The notes below the pieces were generated by a model, which was given only the letters and a program-made list of their open reading frames with translations, ran no database searches and was not told the origin of the DNA. A stretch of 64,000 bases of DNA from Octopus vulgaris (taxonomy: Eukaryota): the NCBI GenBank assembly GCA_951406725.2, contig OX597814.1, positions 50,096,001 through 50,160,000 of the forward strand. The letters are read 5' to 3'. Within the stretch, counting starts at the first letter, position 1; the number at the start of each line of letters is the position of its first letter. A program made the translations under genes and the position numbers. Shown here piece by piece: positions 26,701 to 40,200 of this stretch.

Positions 26701-29338
26701 AATTCTGAGAATTTAAATAAATCTTTAAAATCGCATAGAAATATAGCAGTTGCATTTAGTGTAACATGCAGTATAGAACATTCATAGCTCCTAGTTTCAA
26801 TATTCAACTCAACATAGATATTTCACAACATGTATAATCTCTCACATGAAAATTAATGAAAAAATTATAACTTAAAGCAGTGTTCCTCTTCCCTATAAAT
26901 TAGAAGTGCATTACACAGATAGAAAGTGTTATAATAACAGAATCATAGTAATAGAAGTAGTAAACTAAGAAGAAGCCTTACACTAATAGAAGGTATCATA
27001 GAAATAGTTTATCATAATAGATAGATGGGAACTTATTTAGCTCCAGATCAACCCTGATTCAGTAAACCTATGATGAAATATTCTAAATGGTATTTTTAGG
27101 GTTGTGTAGGGCTACAATATCTGTCTTTCCTTTTATTGAAGATGGTAAGGTGTAATTTCAGTTTGATCTTGTCACTATTTCTAGCACGTTGATCGATCAC
27201 GTAGAGGCTCCTTCACTGGCTTGAGGAATAAGAAGTGTTATAATAATTGGAAATGTTATAGGAACTGGAAGTTTAGCATTGTTAGTATTCAAATTTCACC
27301 TAATGAACACTGAATTCTTTACTCTCTGAATAATTATACTCCTCTAAAGTGTTACAGTGTTAGATAGAAGATCATCTGGATAGCCGTGAGCAAATTCTTC
27401 TTCTATTCCGACCAGTTGTTGAAGCTAGATCCATTATTTAAAATTTTAAAACTTTCTTTAATTATACATGTATAGTGAGAAGGTGTAGTACTAACACGTG
27501 CATACCTTTGATATACACCGTGTACTGATTATACGATAGTATAACAAAAGTATGTTCTTTTCTTAAAGCAACAACGTGACACAATGAAGAAACGTTACCC
27601 ATTTTCAGTGCTATTACATAATTGCATGTGTAATAAATGTTTTCGAAAAATATTCCAAGTTCATTAAATACATTAGAAATATTGATTGATCCATTTATAA
27701 TTTGATTGAGAAATGATTACGGGAAAATGATACACAACTATCTATGAGTATACATAATGATGTTGATGCATACTATTGAAATATACATATATGTCTTCAA
27801 TACATTTCCTTGTTTGCTGCCATCTTAAACATACAATTTACGCATTAAAACAGGATAAACAAACTTGATCTCTTCTAGTTCGCATATGGTGACGCAACTA
27901 TGTATATATTTTCTTTCGCAGGTGAAATATAAATGCATACATCACACACGCACACATATATAATGTATACATATATATTTACAGGAATCTATATAAATAT
28001 GCGTATTTATGTCTTTGGGAGTATGCATATGAATAAATATATTTTTGCATTCATTTATCTGAATTCGATACTTATTCAATATATACACACACACAAATAC
28101 AAGCACACACATATGACTGTATGTGTGTGCTCGCGTGCGTGTGTTCGAGTGCGCGTGTGTAAGAGGTAAGCTTATACAAAAATGTCCCTGTAGGTGTGAG
28201 TATTTGTTAGTGTTCGCTCTTTACTTACTGAGATAAAAACGATCGACTCGGTTACTGGCAATCGGATACTTTACAAACAGTCTCGCAATATTTTGATGAG
28301 AAAGATTGTGCTGATGAAAGGCTGTGTGAAAAACAACAGAAGTGTGGATAACAATCCGAAAAATATCAATTTGTTTTAACAGTGCTTTTGCTTCTCGTAA
28401 ATACTGAATTATCATGTCTGCTCCATTTTGTAGCCATATACCTTTCCATCCGAAAAATGTCTCAAGTGTTTTCAAGCTACTAATAGAATTTTTTTAAAGA
28501 GAATGTACTCTTTACATTATCTTATTTAAATGACACCTTATATGTTATATCTTCCCTCAGTGAACTTATGTACCACTTAAAGATAGTATTTAGACACTTA
28601 ATTAAATTTGCCCTCAAGTTAATGTTTGTGTAGTTTTCGGCTTGCACGACAGAGAAGAAAAGTATAAAAATAAAAACCGGATTGTAGAAAAGTCAACATT
28701 AGTTTTTCTGCTTTCAGTATTTTCTTCTGTCAAACAAGAACATTTTTATTTGTTCTTCAGGTTCATTCAAAAGATTTATATGACTCCTTCGTATTTGAAA
28801 TTATTTCAATCAAGTAATTATTCTTAGTGCTTTTGTAAAATCCTCATGCATTTTTTAACGTTCCATCCGAAACCTACTGGCTATAGTTATTCCGAGTTTG
28901 TTCATGCTACGACACCTTTCATTCTTCCTTCAGTCATACTTAACGTTTCTCTGTAGCAGGTATGATTGATGTACGGTGAACGAAAGCTAGCTGCGCTGAT
29001 TATATAAGGCAAATGACAAAGAGAAATGTAAAATTTGTTAATTAACTCTTGAAAGCAATAAATGGCAGACAAGTACGTTAGATAACAAAAGCTAGAAGAT
29101 TACATTGGGTAGAATAATTGACAAAAGTGGAAACTTAATGAGAGTTGCTTCAACAAACAGCATCTAGTGAAACCAACTTTCAACTAGTTTCTGCAAAAGA
29201 TTTTTATAAAAGCCTATATGGTTAGGCAATCTGACATTTGCTAGGTTTTTGGATTTTAGTCGTCGTCAGCGTCGTCGTCAGCGTCGTCGTCAGCGTCGTC
29301 GTCAGCGTCGTCGTCAGCGTCGTCGTCGTCGTCCTCCT

Positions 29339-29392
<54 letters not shown>

Positions 29393-29409
29393 ATAATAAT
29401 AATAAAAAT

Positions 29410-29703
29410 AATAATAGAGGTAACTAGAATGTGGAATCTAAAAACAGAAACAATTCCTATCATAGTAGGTGCATTAGACATGATAAAAAAATATTCAGAC
29501 AAATACATAACAAAAACACCAGGACTTACAAACACATATAACATACAGAAAATTGCACTACTAGGCACTGCACACATCCTACGCAGAACACTTTCCATAC
29601 AATAACCATCAGAGCATCACAACAAATCACAGCACATACCCAAGGCACACAGAGCTGCGCTCGGTAGTGAAGTGAAAGCACGCTATAAAAATAAAACTAC
29701 TGA
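29410..29703 (+). mobile_element. 5'-truncated R4/Dong-type RLE retroelement (C-terminus and 3' UTR) in (TAA)n
   Basis: IEVTRMWNLKTETIPIIVGALDMI...IQKIALLGTAHILRRTL, flanked by TAA arrays. Confidence 0.85.
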
Positions 29704-29849
29704 ATAATAATAATAACAACAATAATAATAATGGCTTCAAATTTTTACCACAAGGGCAGTAATTTTGGGATAGGGGATGAGTCGACTACATCGACTCCAG
29801 TGTTCGACTGGTACTGATGATGATGATGATGATAATAATAATAATAATA

Positions 29850-29884
<35 letters not shown>

Positions 29885-29937
29885 TTTGAAGAAAGAAGGA
29901 AAAGGAAAAAACATAATAATAATAATAATAAAAATAA

Positions 29938-30010
<73 letters not shown>

Positions 30011-30011
<1 letters not shown>

Positions 30012-30442
30012 CACAGATTTGATTGTCAGTTGTTTGACCGTAACCAGTTGAGCATGTCCCTTAGTGGCTGACGATATGTGCATCTCTGATCACGAGCAGA
30101 AGTAGTGGGGGAGCATCATAGCCATGTGTTGAGAGGGATTCTTTGGGGTTTGAATAATTCAACTCTGGAAACATGGATGGTTCTTTCAACATCCTTAAAC
30201 AACCCTTATTCAGGGACCTTTTGAGCGGGATGAGCTACTCAACCTGAAGAAAATTCTAACTGGGCCCCACCTGCAAGGTCATGTGCTGTTTATCTTGATA
30301 TGAGATCACCATGTCGCGCACATATGGTTGTGATGCATGTGCCTGGTGTACCCTTATCAGACGAGTAGTCATGATGGGTATATTGGGCTTCGTATATTTT
30401 ACCCCAGTGTCACTTTGATGGCATGCACTGCTCTCTCACTCA
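30011..30442 (+). mobile_element. Non-coding insert in (TAA)n, probable retroelement 3' UTR
   Basis: GC-richer ~430-bp block bounded precisely by TAA arrays on both sides; no ORF. Confidence 0.55.
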
Positions 30443-30474
30443 ATAATAATAATAATAATAACCACAATAATAAC

Positions 30475-30660
30475 AATCCTTTCTACTATAGGTACAAGGT
30501 CTGAAATTTATGGGAGGGTACTAGTCGATTACATCGACCACAGTGTTCCACTGGTACTTAGTTTATCGACCCCGAAAGGATGAAAGGCAAGTCTACCTTG
30601 GTGGAATTTGAACTCAGAACGTTGCGACAGACGAAATATCGCTAAGCATTTCACCCGATG
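30475..30660 (-). mobile_element. tRNA-derived SINE family B, partial
   Basis: Shares GTTCTGAGTTCAAATTCC...CTTTCATCCTTTCGGGGTCGATAAA with 52951-53163. Confidence 0.85.
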
Positions 30661-30674
30661 AAATGATAATAATG

Positions 30675-30735
<61 letters not shown>

Positions 30736-30737
<2 letters not shown>

Positions 30738-31743
30738 CGCCAACTGCAGCTGCAAAGAAAATAAAATTAATTGCAAAGACAAAGGCACATGGAAATTTAG
30801 CTAGCAGATGAGAACAGAAACCTTTCCATGGCAAGTATGTGGCCCGTAGCAAACAAGCTGATGTCGACTAGAAACACACGCACCAATGGTTACGAAGTTC
30901 AGGGCTAAAAGCAGAGAGTGAAGGTTTCATATTAGCTGCTCAAGACCAAAGCTTATTTACCCGGAACTACCAAGCCAATGTGATAAAAAATGGAGCTGTT
31001 CCAAAATGCCGATTGTGTAACGATGAGATTGAAACAATAGACCACCTAATCTCAGGGTGTAGAGTCTTAGCACCTGCAGAATATAAAGCAAGACATGGCG
31101 GAGTCGGCCAGTATTTACACTGGACAATATGTCGGCATTATAAAATCAAAACCGCTGACAAATGGTATAAACATCATCCTGAAGCTGTGACTGAGGGAGA
31201 AAATGTGTCGATTCTATGTGACTTCCCCGTGCAGAGTGACAGGACTATAAAAGCCAATAAATCGGATATCATTATAAAAGATCAGACAAAAAGGATGTGT
31301 TTATTAATTGGCATGAGTATTCCCTGTGATCACAATATAGCGGCGAATGAATTTGACAAGATTAGTAAATATAAAGACCTGCTAATGGAAATTGAAAAAA
31401 CGTGGCATCTCAAGACGACTACAGTGCCAGTGGTTGTAGGATCTCTAGGAATGATAAAAAAAGGCACTGAAACCTATTTGAAAATGATTCCAGGCTTACC
31501 ATCCCTACAGGAAGTGCAAAAAATCGTATTAACTGGAACGGCTCATGTACTGAGAAGAGCACTATCGTTGTGAAAATAATATCCATCCATGAATTTATTT
31601 ATTTATTAATTTTTAAATACATATTTTATCTGTGAATTTGCGCGTGTAATCTGGGAATGCATACAATGCCCTTCTCTGCCCTAGGTGTATGGAAAACGCT
31701 CGGCGAGAAACGGAAGAAAATTTGAAGAAAGAAGGAAAAAACA
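30736..31743 (+). mobile_element. 5'-truncated R4/Dong-type RLE retrotransposon (CCHC knuckle + RLE) in (TAA)n
   Basis: HGKY, ESEGFILAAQDQ, CRLC..ETIDHLISGC, RH, ANKSDIII (PD-type), KYKDL..E, GTAHVLRRAL (ORF 30980-31573). TAA arrays on both sides. Confidence 0.92.
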
Positions 31744-32239
31744 TAATAATAATAATAATAATAATAATTTCTGATTTAGGTACAAGGCCAGCAATTTTGA
31801 GTAGAGGGGATTAGTTGATGCCTTCGATCCCAACACTGGGTTGGTTCTTCATTTATCGATTCCGAATTGATGAACAGATAAGTTGACTTTGTGGGGATTT
31901 AACCTGAGAATGTAAATAGCCGAAGGTGATTTTTCTCAACATTCTAACAATCTTACCAGCCTGCCACCTTAAAAAACAAGAATAATCTCCAAACCTTTTT
32001 AAACATTCCATCCGAAATAACCTATTTACTATAGTTTGTCAAGATCTCAAAAACTGTTCAGGATATCGAAAAAGGTTTGCCACCTATTAGAAAATGCAAT
32101 ACCGCATTGTAGAGTGAAGATCAAGAGAAGAAAAAGATTTGCAAATGTACAGATCAGAAGAGGAAACTTTCACGGAGACAGCTCTATTATTTCGTTTGTA
32201 ATTTCATTAATCCATTTGTTGATTATCCTAAATAATACC

Positions 32240-33945
32240 TAAGGAGTTTACACAGTAGGTAAAAAGAGGGGCGAAGTGAACCATCAATTTATTGATGATT
32301 TAAAACTTTATGGCAAGAAATGTGTTATGATAGAGATGAAGTAGAGAAAATACATAAAATATACTATAATAAATCTACTTAATGATGAGAATATAAAATC
32401 TCTCTATATATAAACGGCAGTTTGTCTGTGTGTGTTTCTGTGTGTCTGTTTTCTCGTACCCTCACCCTGACCACGGCTTTCAACCGATTCTGATGAAACT
32501 TGACACACACATAGCCCAATGTCATAATTCAAAACTAACGCAGCGAAAATTTTGAAAAGTTCCCCCAGTTCTGAAAAAAATCGATAAATTCGACATGGGG
32601 TCGAGAATCAGAAACACAAACCACAGACTGTCTGGGGGGACGCAACTCGACCTTTTTAACTCTCAAAAAATTTACCATAATTTTTTTTTCCATTTTTTGG
32701 CTATAACTCTATAAAAATGCTTTATAGTTATTTCCCTTAAAAGCCGAGCAACGCCGGGCGATACTGCTAGTCGTTAAATAAAGAAGAGACGGAAATATCT
32801 AGGAATATTGGAAAGTGACAAAATCAAAATTATGGCAGTCCTAAGTAAAGTATTTTTGCAGAATGAAGATTAGATTTTAAAATCGTAATTGAAAGATGGG
32901 AGCATCATACAATTGAATTTGAGAGCAGTATTGCTAATTAGGTATGGAGCATGAACTATTTAATTGAGAAAGGATGGGTTGAATTAAATGAACAAGATGA
33001 GGAAGCTGCTCACTATTCACAGAAGCATGTATACCCAATCAGATGGATTATATTGAAAAGGAGGAAGAGGGTTGGTGTGCGTCCAAGGGGTAGAAGTAGA
33101 GAAGAAATTTAGGCTTCTATCTAGAAGGAAATGAAGAATCTCTCTGTAGAGAAATAATAAGTGAAGGGCTGTTTTCAAAATGCATAGAAAACAAAAAGAG
33201 AAAGCAGGAAAAGTGTAGAAAAGAGAAACTCAAAATTTAAAGCAAAAGAACTTCACTCGCTGTTTATCAAAAGTACAAAAGTGATGAGCGATAACAAGTA
33301 GCGCTGGTTATAATTAGAAAGAGACAGAGCGTATTATTTTGGTAGTACATAAATAGGAATTAAGGGTAAATTGCATCGAGGACAATCGATTAGCCGGAGC
33401 ATTCACCCAAATGTAGAATGTGTGATGATTCAGATGGGGTTATAACTCATATTGTCTGAATGCCCACAGAATGACAACAAAATCTGTAGGTACAATAGAA
33501 TTGCTGCACAAATTCACTGAAATTCCTGCAAGAAATTTGGTTTCTCATACACAAAAAAACATCTATATCCTATTGTTGGAATAACAATGTCAGCATTTGA
33601 AAAAGATGAGGGACTTCTTATACAAACCAAAAGAAGCGTAAGATATGACATGTAGGGTATTGTAATCCTTGGCAAGTAGCAGGCTACTGTAATCAACATT
33701 GTATGGCCATTTAACGTTAGAGTTAAACGAAAGGGGGAAAAGAAAGTGTAGAGTATAATCTTCAAATTCTTGATGTACAGAATTGACAAGGTCTTGATAC
33801 TACCGATTATTATTAGGTCCTCGGGAACAGTTACGAAAAATCTGAGAACAAAACTTGAAAAACTCGATCTTAATCAGGGTAAAGGTGAAGTGCAAAAAAT
33901 CTGTTTACTACGTTCTACAAAATTTACCCAGAAATCCTTTAATAC
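32240..33945 (+). mobile_element. Highly decayed R4/Dong-type element (RT C-terminus to RLE), interrupted by a Helitron
   Basis: VNHQFIDDLKLYGK, KYLGI, GGRGLV, CRMC..., ILPIII..SGTVTKNL and VQKICLL. Confidence 0.72.
32399..32770 (+). mobile_element. Non-autonomous Helitron
   Basis: A|TC-TCTCTATATATAAA start, GT-rich subterminus, GC hairpin at 32743-32759 and CTAG|T end. Removing it restores the host reading NDENIK|SLNKEE. Confidence 0.87.
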
Positions 33946-36038
33946 AAGGTAATAACTGTTTATTATGGACAAAAATTCTTATAGAGGAGGTACGCATAGA
34001 AACTTTAACTAGATGTGTTATAAAATACCCAATGTGTTTGTTCCATACCCACGCGTGCACATTTAAGAATCTAGTCAGTGCTTGTCGTGCAGTTTCAGAA
34101 ATTCTTGTCTTACTGATGGTAGACAAATTTACGTTTTGAGAGTTAACTTTATCGAGTAGGTGACCTTGCTTGCGAGCCAACCCCAGGCCGCGTACGTAAG
34201 TACTCCATGTCTATCTTTGAAAAAGACAGGAAAAATCGCTGATTTTGGTCTTGGAGAAGGTAGGATAATTTCGTCATCTCTCTGGGAGAATGTTCTTTGA
34301 AAACCTCCTCCGGTAATCGTCTGTCTACCCGTTTCCCGAAAACTCCGGACACGACACTGAATGGGAATTATATATTGCGTAGACATCTATAGAGGTCTTC
34401 AGCAGTACTCTATATTAGAGTAATTTGTTCTTATTTTACCTTTCAGCTCTTTTGACGTCTTCGGATGAGTTATGGTAACACCTTAAAGGACCACGTCATA
34501 ATCATTAAAGTTCAATTAAACAACTGGTTTAGGGTAGTTAACAAAAGCCAGCTACTTAGAAGGTTTAAGGTGTAGTATTTCTAATATAGCATTATATCCA
34601 GACCGTAGCAGTTATTCCTGGTTTATGACTTCTCCGTGGTGCCAATGGAGGGGTGTGTAGTAAATTTGTGTGATGTTGGCTGGGTTCTTTTTTGCTAACT
34701 AATTCCATCAGTGGTGGAAGAATTCAAGCCACTAAGGTAAGAAAATTCAGTACGTGACTACTGTCAGAGGATGAGAGAATTAGATACACCAACTATGAAG
34801 GGTCACAGACAGAGGAAGCCGCAGGAAATACCAGGAGATTGTTGCTGTAGCCTTGACAGCTGGGACTTGGCAACTGCATTATCAAAAGTATAGTTAATTT
34901 TTTCATGGACTACAAATCGCACTGGTATCAGGCACGATAATGGATATACCGTTGAGACATTGTTCCATTATTACGTCTTTCGAAATTAATAATACCTGAG
35001 ATCGCTGTTACTTATAAGAATACTGTGAGCGTTGGAATCTGGCATTGATGGAAAGGCATATACACTTGTTGTTATTGCTACTGTCGTTATTGTTACTACT
35101 ACTACTACTATTGTTTTTGCTACCGGTGCTGTTGTTGGTGTTCTCTTTGTTTGGGGCCATAGATTCCTGTTTATTGGAGAATCTCAGCTGATAATTTACA
35201 AATGATTCCTCACCTGTATATTAGGAACATAACAAAAGCGTGACTAAAATCCGGCTCAACTATTATTTACTTGACTAAGTAGAAGTTGTAAGTAAACACT
35301 GATTAGTCGGGTTTAAATGCCATGGGACAGACATTGAACTTTCTTTACTTAATTTACTTGATGCATCATTAAGAAATCAAAATAGATATACAAACAGCTG
35401 AACCTAATTCCCGATCACTATCTATCGCAGGCTTTCGTTGGATATCTCTCTAGACTCTTTAGCGTGAATGAAACACCTATTGCGGAGCGAAAATGATGTT
35501 TATAAACTGTACAACGATGTTAAATGTGTAGCTGATGGTAAACTTCTGTTTAGGAGAAATGTTAGTTGACTTCACTTCGAATACGAAATTTTAAAACATT
35601 ATTTTTAAGTACTAGCAGAAGGATTGTAATTTCGTCTATTCACCTCGCCAATTATAGTGGTATCGCCACTGGCCAAATATGGAATGGAGTTAAAGAATAT
35701 ATATATATATATTGGTTAGATATACATATACTATCGTGTTCTTGTTATATACTTCCCTGTTCTCGATTGCTCAAGCCACATAGCTTTAAATGGGCATTGT
35801 CGTTTGAATAGCTCATCTTTGTAAGTAGTCTGAGTCTAAAATGAAATTCTAGCGTGGCCTGGATAACGTTAGATGCATTCACATTGCGGTTCTGATTAAG
35901 TTTTTTAATCAGCATCAGATGAACGCGATATTAGTGAAACAATTATTTTAGGTATAAGGGAAACAAGTTAAGAGGAACAAATCTATGTAAACGAGTTACT
36001 TAGAGTAGAATAATATTAGTATCTGAATTGTAAATATT

Positions 36039-36470
36039 CTTTTCGACTCTATATACAAGGCCCGAAATTTTGGGGGAGGGAGTCAGTCGTTTAGATCAAC
36101 CCCAGTACTCAACTGGTATTTAATTTATCGATCCTGAAAGGATGAAAAGCAAAGTCGATCTCGGCGGAATTTGAACTCAGAACGTAAAGATAGACGAAAT
36201 ATCACTAAGCATTTCGCCCGGCGTGCTTAACGTTTCTTATTTGTTTACTACCCACAAGGGGCTAAACACAGAGGGGACAAACAAGCACAGACAAACGGAT
36301 TAAGTCGATTATATCGACTCCAGTGCGCAACTGGTACTTATTTAATCGACCACGAAAGGATGAAAGCAAAGTCGACCTCGGCAGAATTTGAACTCAGAAC
36401 ATAAAGACAGACGAAATACCGCTAAGCATTTTCGCCCAGCGTGCTAACGTTTCTGCCAGCTCGCCGCCTA
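36039..36470 (-). mobile_element. Dimeric tRNA-SINE family B with 16-bp TSD
   Basis: Two family-B heads with different tails; TSD CTGAATTGTAAATATT at 36023-36038 and 36471-36486. Confidence 0.9.
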
Positions 36471-36879
36471 CTGAATTGTAAATATTGAGAAATTAAAATA
36501 TCATTAGTAATTTCAATTATTCTACTAGTGAGTTTTGCAATGTATACACCAAACTTTAAACGGCAGGAAAGGATTGCATGGATATATTTTAAAAACGGGT
36601 AAAAACAAAAAAAAAATATCTTTCTTCCTTAAGATTTATTTTCAATATAAATAACGACAAAATCTAAAATAATTGTTAGTCAATAAAATTTACAATCTCG
36701 TTATCCAAAAGTACTGTAAAATATTCCCTTTGCGTCTGGCATGAGTGTAGTTTACTCGAGATTCCTGCATTGCTATTGTTAACTGAATGTAGAAATGGAG
36801 AACAATTGGTGCACTTATTCATCCAGAGCTAGCCGAAGCATCACTTTCTTCTGTGCTATTTAGCGCATCGTCATCAGCA

Positions 36880-37380
36880 TAACTATCATCAATCATCTAC
36901 CTAATCTAATGATATAAGGAAAATCAGAAAATCTTCTTCATCCCTATACAAAGCTTCCATTTGCAGATTGATTTCTTCCATCGATAAAGGTCGATTACGC
37001 TAAAACACATTTGATGAAGTAGATGCCCGCACATCTGTTGATGAAGGCCGTATCCGTGTGAATTTTTGAAACAGCAATTGATGATGCCAGCTGTTCTTTA
37101 ACGAAACATCGACTGATGATATCCACCATCTAAGGATTAAACTGTTAATCAAATTTTATTCGGTTTCACAATTCTGCTATAAAGCTTGCACATCGAAGTC
37201 GAGATGAAATACAGTTGGCGAGTTAATTTCCGTAATTGAAAATTTCATTTAGTTCTTGAAGAGAGTTTATAAATAATTCCTGATTCACCAGTGTATCTTC
37301 TGAAGAAATGTTTACTTGGGTTTGTAATAAACGAGGAGAATGAATAAATGAATAAACGAGGAGAATGAATAAATATCTTG
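36880..37380 (-). mobile_element. Possible hAT transposase C-terminal remnant
   Basis: Minus frames give WW...IRPSSTDV...RNRPLSME, resembling a hAT dimerisation domain; heavily decayed. Confidence 0.3.
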
Positions 37381-37579
37381 AAGAAATGACGAGACAGAAA
37401 TAGTATATGAAAAATTTAACTTTCAGAACTGACCGTGATATTCTTATATTTTATCTATTAGAAGACTGGTCATGTAAGTGTACCATCATCAAATATATTG
37501 AATATACTGTTAATTTAATATAATTTTTCAGTCTTCATGCAAGTTTATAAAAGTTAACACTAATATTATAGTTGTGGTT

Positions 37580-37710
37580 TGCAGAGGTTGACTTTGTCTT
37601 TCACCCTTTCAGAGTCGATAAAATAATCACCAGCTGAACACTGGGGTCGAGTAATCGAATTATTCCCTATCCCGAAATTGCTGGCCCTGGGCTAAAATCT
37701 GAAATCAATA
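37580..37710 (+). mobile_element. SINE family B fragment
   Basis: GAGGTTGACTTTGTCTTTCACCCTTTCAGAGTCGATAAAAT...CTGGGGTCGA. Confidence 0.75.
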
Positions 37711-39134
37711 TTTTAGTCATGGTTTCCTAGAATTGTTAACCTTCCTAATTAACTTTTACATATTTTTGTTTGTTTCGTTTTGTTTTCATTCATTCTCTAA
37801 ACATGCTTCACTATCTGCTTTTTCTGTTTAAAATTGTTTAATAATTGCGAATTTAAACAGTATTTCATTTATTTGTTGAAAACAAGCACTGTATCAAAAT
37901 ATTTCTTACACAAGAAGATTTATTTAAGTACTTTTGTGTTAGTTTATATGTCTGTCGAAACAATAAGAATGAAGTGTATGTTTTGAAAAGAAGAGAAAAT
38001 AGATTTGCAAAACTGGCGATCACAAAAAAATATTCCGTCATTAAACAACAGGCTGCACAATCGTTAAAAAATAAGACCAATACTATTTACAATAATAACG
38101 TGAACGGAAGAGTAATATTACTGGAGCAGTAGTTATAAAGAAAGCAATACTTGTTGGTAATATATCTTATAAAATATGGCTCACCATAACAACAGGTATA
38201 TCGGCAGAAGATAAAAAGCATTCTTCTTAAACCGTACAAAAGCACAAACAAATATAAATGAAAGGAAAATATGAGACTAAAGCAAGTTTAAAGAAGTCAG
38301 AAACAAATGTAAATAATAATAAATCGATAGAGTGATGTAGAAATGGTTTATATAAATTGAAAGGTGGCGGAAATCTGAATATATTTTACGCCAAAACTTT
38401 GGAAACAACACATTATAAAGATCATTTCTGAAAATATGAAATGAAAACTAAATGTGGAAACATTAAAAGATTAAAAAAAAAAGGCTATGCTTTGCTTTAT
38501 AGAAAATCAGCTGAAAGATAGGTTTTTACTTGTAATAATTTCCGATCCAAGTAAACTAGAAAGAATGAACCGTATTGAATGGTGGTAATGGGGGAGCTAA
38601 TCGGATGGATGAAACGAAAAACGTTTTTCTTTTTCTTTTTTTTTTTGCCGATGAGTATGAATCATTCTTATGTAAACAAAAAGGGAATTGGAAATCCACG
38701 CCATAAAAAATAATCGTATTGGAAGCCTAAAAATGTAATAGTATTTTCGAAGGTTTAAAACTAGTGATGGATCCAGGTTATGTCTCCCTGATCGATTCCC
38801 TGTTGATGGGCGATAAAAAAGTTGTGCAAATACAAAATGATACAATGTACATCTATATGTGTGAAATGAGAAAATTGGATTTGAAAACAGTGAGCCTCGG
38901 CTCATAGCAAAAAAACCCCAAAAAAAACAACAACACATTTTTAACGGACAAGAAGAAAATACCTAATAGAAATGATTATTAGTGAGGAATAATATTGGTT
39001 GCATCAAACATGGAAAATAATGACAAGAATCGAGAATATGAAAAGTATTTCTTAAAAAAACAACCATTGTTAAGTCACAACACAGAATTCGTGGATAATT
39101 AAAAATGGAACGGAGACAGCAGAAAAAAAAACTT

Positions 39135-40200
39135 ACCGCTGTTTATAGTGGCCCTCTCAGACATGCCCTCGGCTGCTCAGATAGCCACCCTTGCTACCTA
39201 TGCAGATGACACAAAAGTCCCTCAGTCAATACAAAATCCTGGAAATATTTCATATCTGCAACGGGAGTTGGACGCAATAAACAGGGCTGAGGACAACAAC
39301 ATGCAGTTTAATGCAGAAAAGTCCAGGCCCTACGCTACAAGCACACAAAGCTAAGCGACATGCAGACATGATACATTGGCCTAGGAGGAAGTGAAATCCC
39401 TGCATCAAATTCAGTGCGTAACCTGCGCATTGACAGGAGCAATGATGCTTCTTTTCAAGTGCATATTACCAATTTGGTGATAAAAAGCAGACGGCTGGCT
39501 GAATGGATCCTCCGAACTTTCAAAACAAGAGAAAAGAAGACAATGACGATCCTTTGGAGGACATAAGTCCTCTGCCGTTTAAACTATTGCTCCCAACTAT
39601 GGACACCACAAAATAAAAAATCCACAGCAGAACTCGAAGAAATCCATCGAAGCTACACTAAGAAAATCGTCTCGAGGCAACATGCCAGCTACTGGGAAAG
39701 ACTTAAAGAATTAAAACTCTACTCCCTGGAATGAAGGTGGGAGATATATGCAGTGATATACATCTGGAAAATCCTAGAAGGCCTTGTACCAAACTTTGGC
39801 ATAGAAAGTTACTCAAACTGCAGAACGGGGCGCCACTGCTTAGTGCCAAAGATCCCAGCATCGCCATCATAATACAGGACCAGATACTGCAACAGCTTGG
39901 GCTTCAAGGGCCCACAGCACTTTAATATATTTCCAAAATGCCTAAGAGACCTGCATTGTGTGGATGTAAGTGTCTTTAACACAAATCTGGATCTCTTCCT
40001 GTTACGGATTCCAGATGAGCTAATCTCATGGCAGGAAACACAGATGAGGGCAGCAGCATCAAACTCCCCCATTGACCAAATGCCACATATCAGAGGAGGT
40101 TCCAAATAATGGTGTAGCTCAGTCAATGGTGGTGCTCCAGCATGACCGCAGCTTTGCAGCTGAAACATTTTAAAATAGTTAAAATAGTTTAAAATAGTTT
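39135..40200 (+). mobile_element. 5'-truncated CR1/L2-group LINE (RT C-terminus and 3' tail)
   Basis: ALSDMP..YADDTK, NNMQFN, LNYCSQLW, YWERLKELKLYSLE. Tail GGTGCTCCAGCATGACCGCAGCTTTGCAGCTGAAAC then (AAATAGTT)n. Confidence 0.9.

Noticed and set aside
27922-28165. Strong-looking splice acceptor and donor pair
   Set aside because: The enclosed sequence is microsatellite-like with no credible coding frame.
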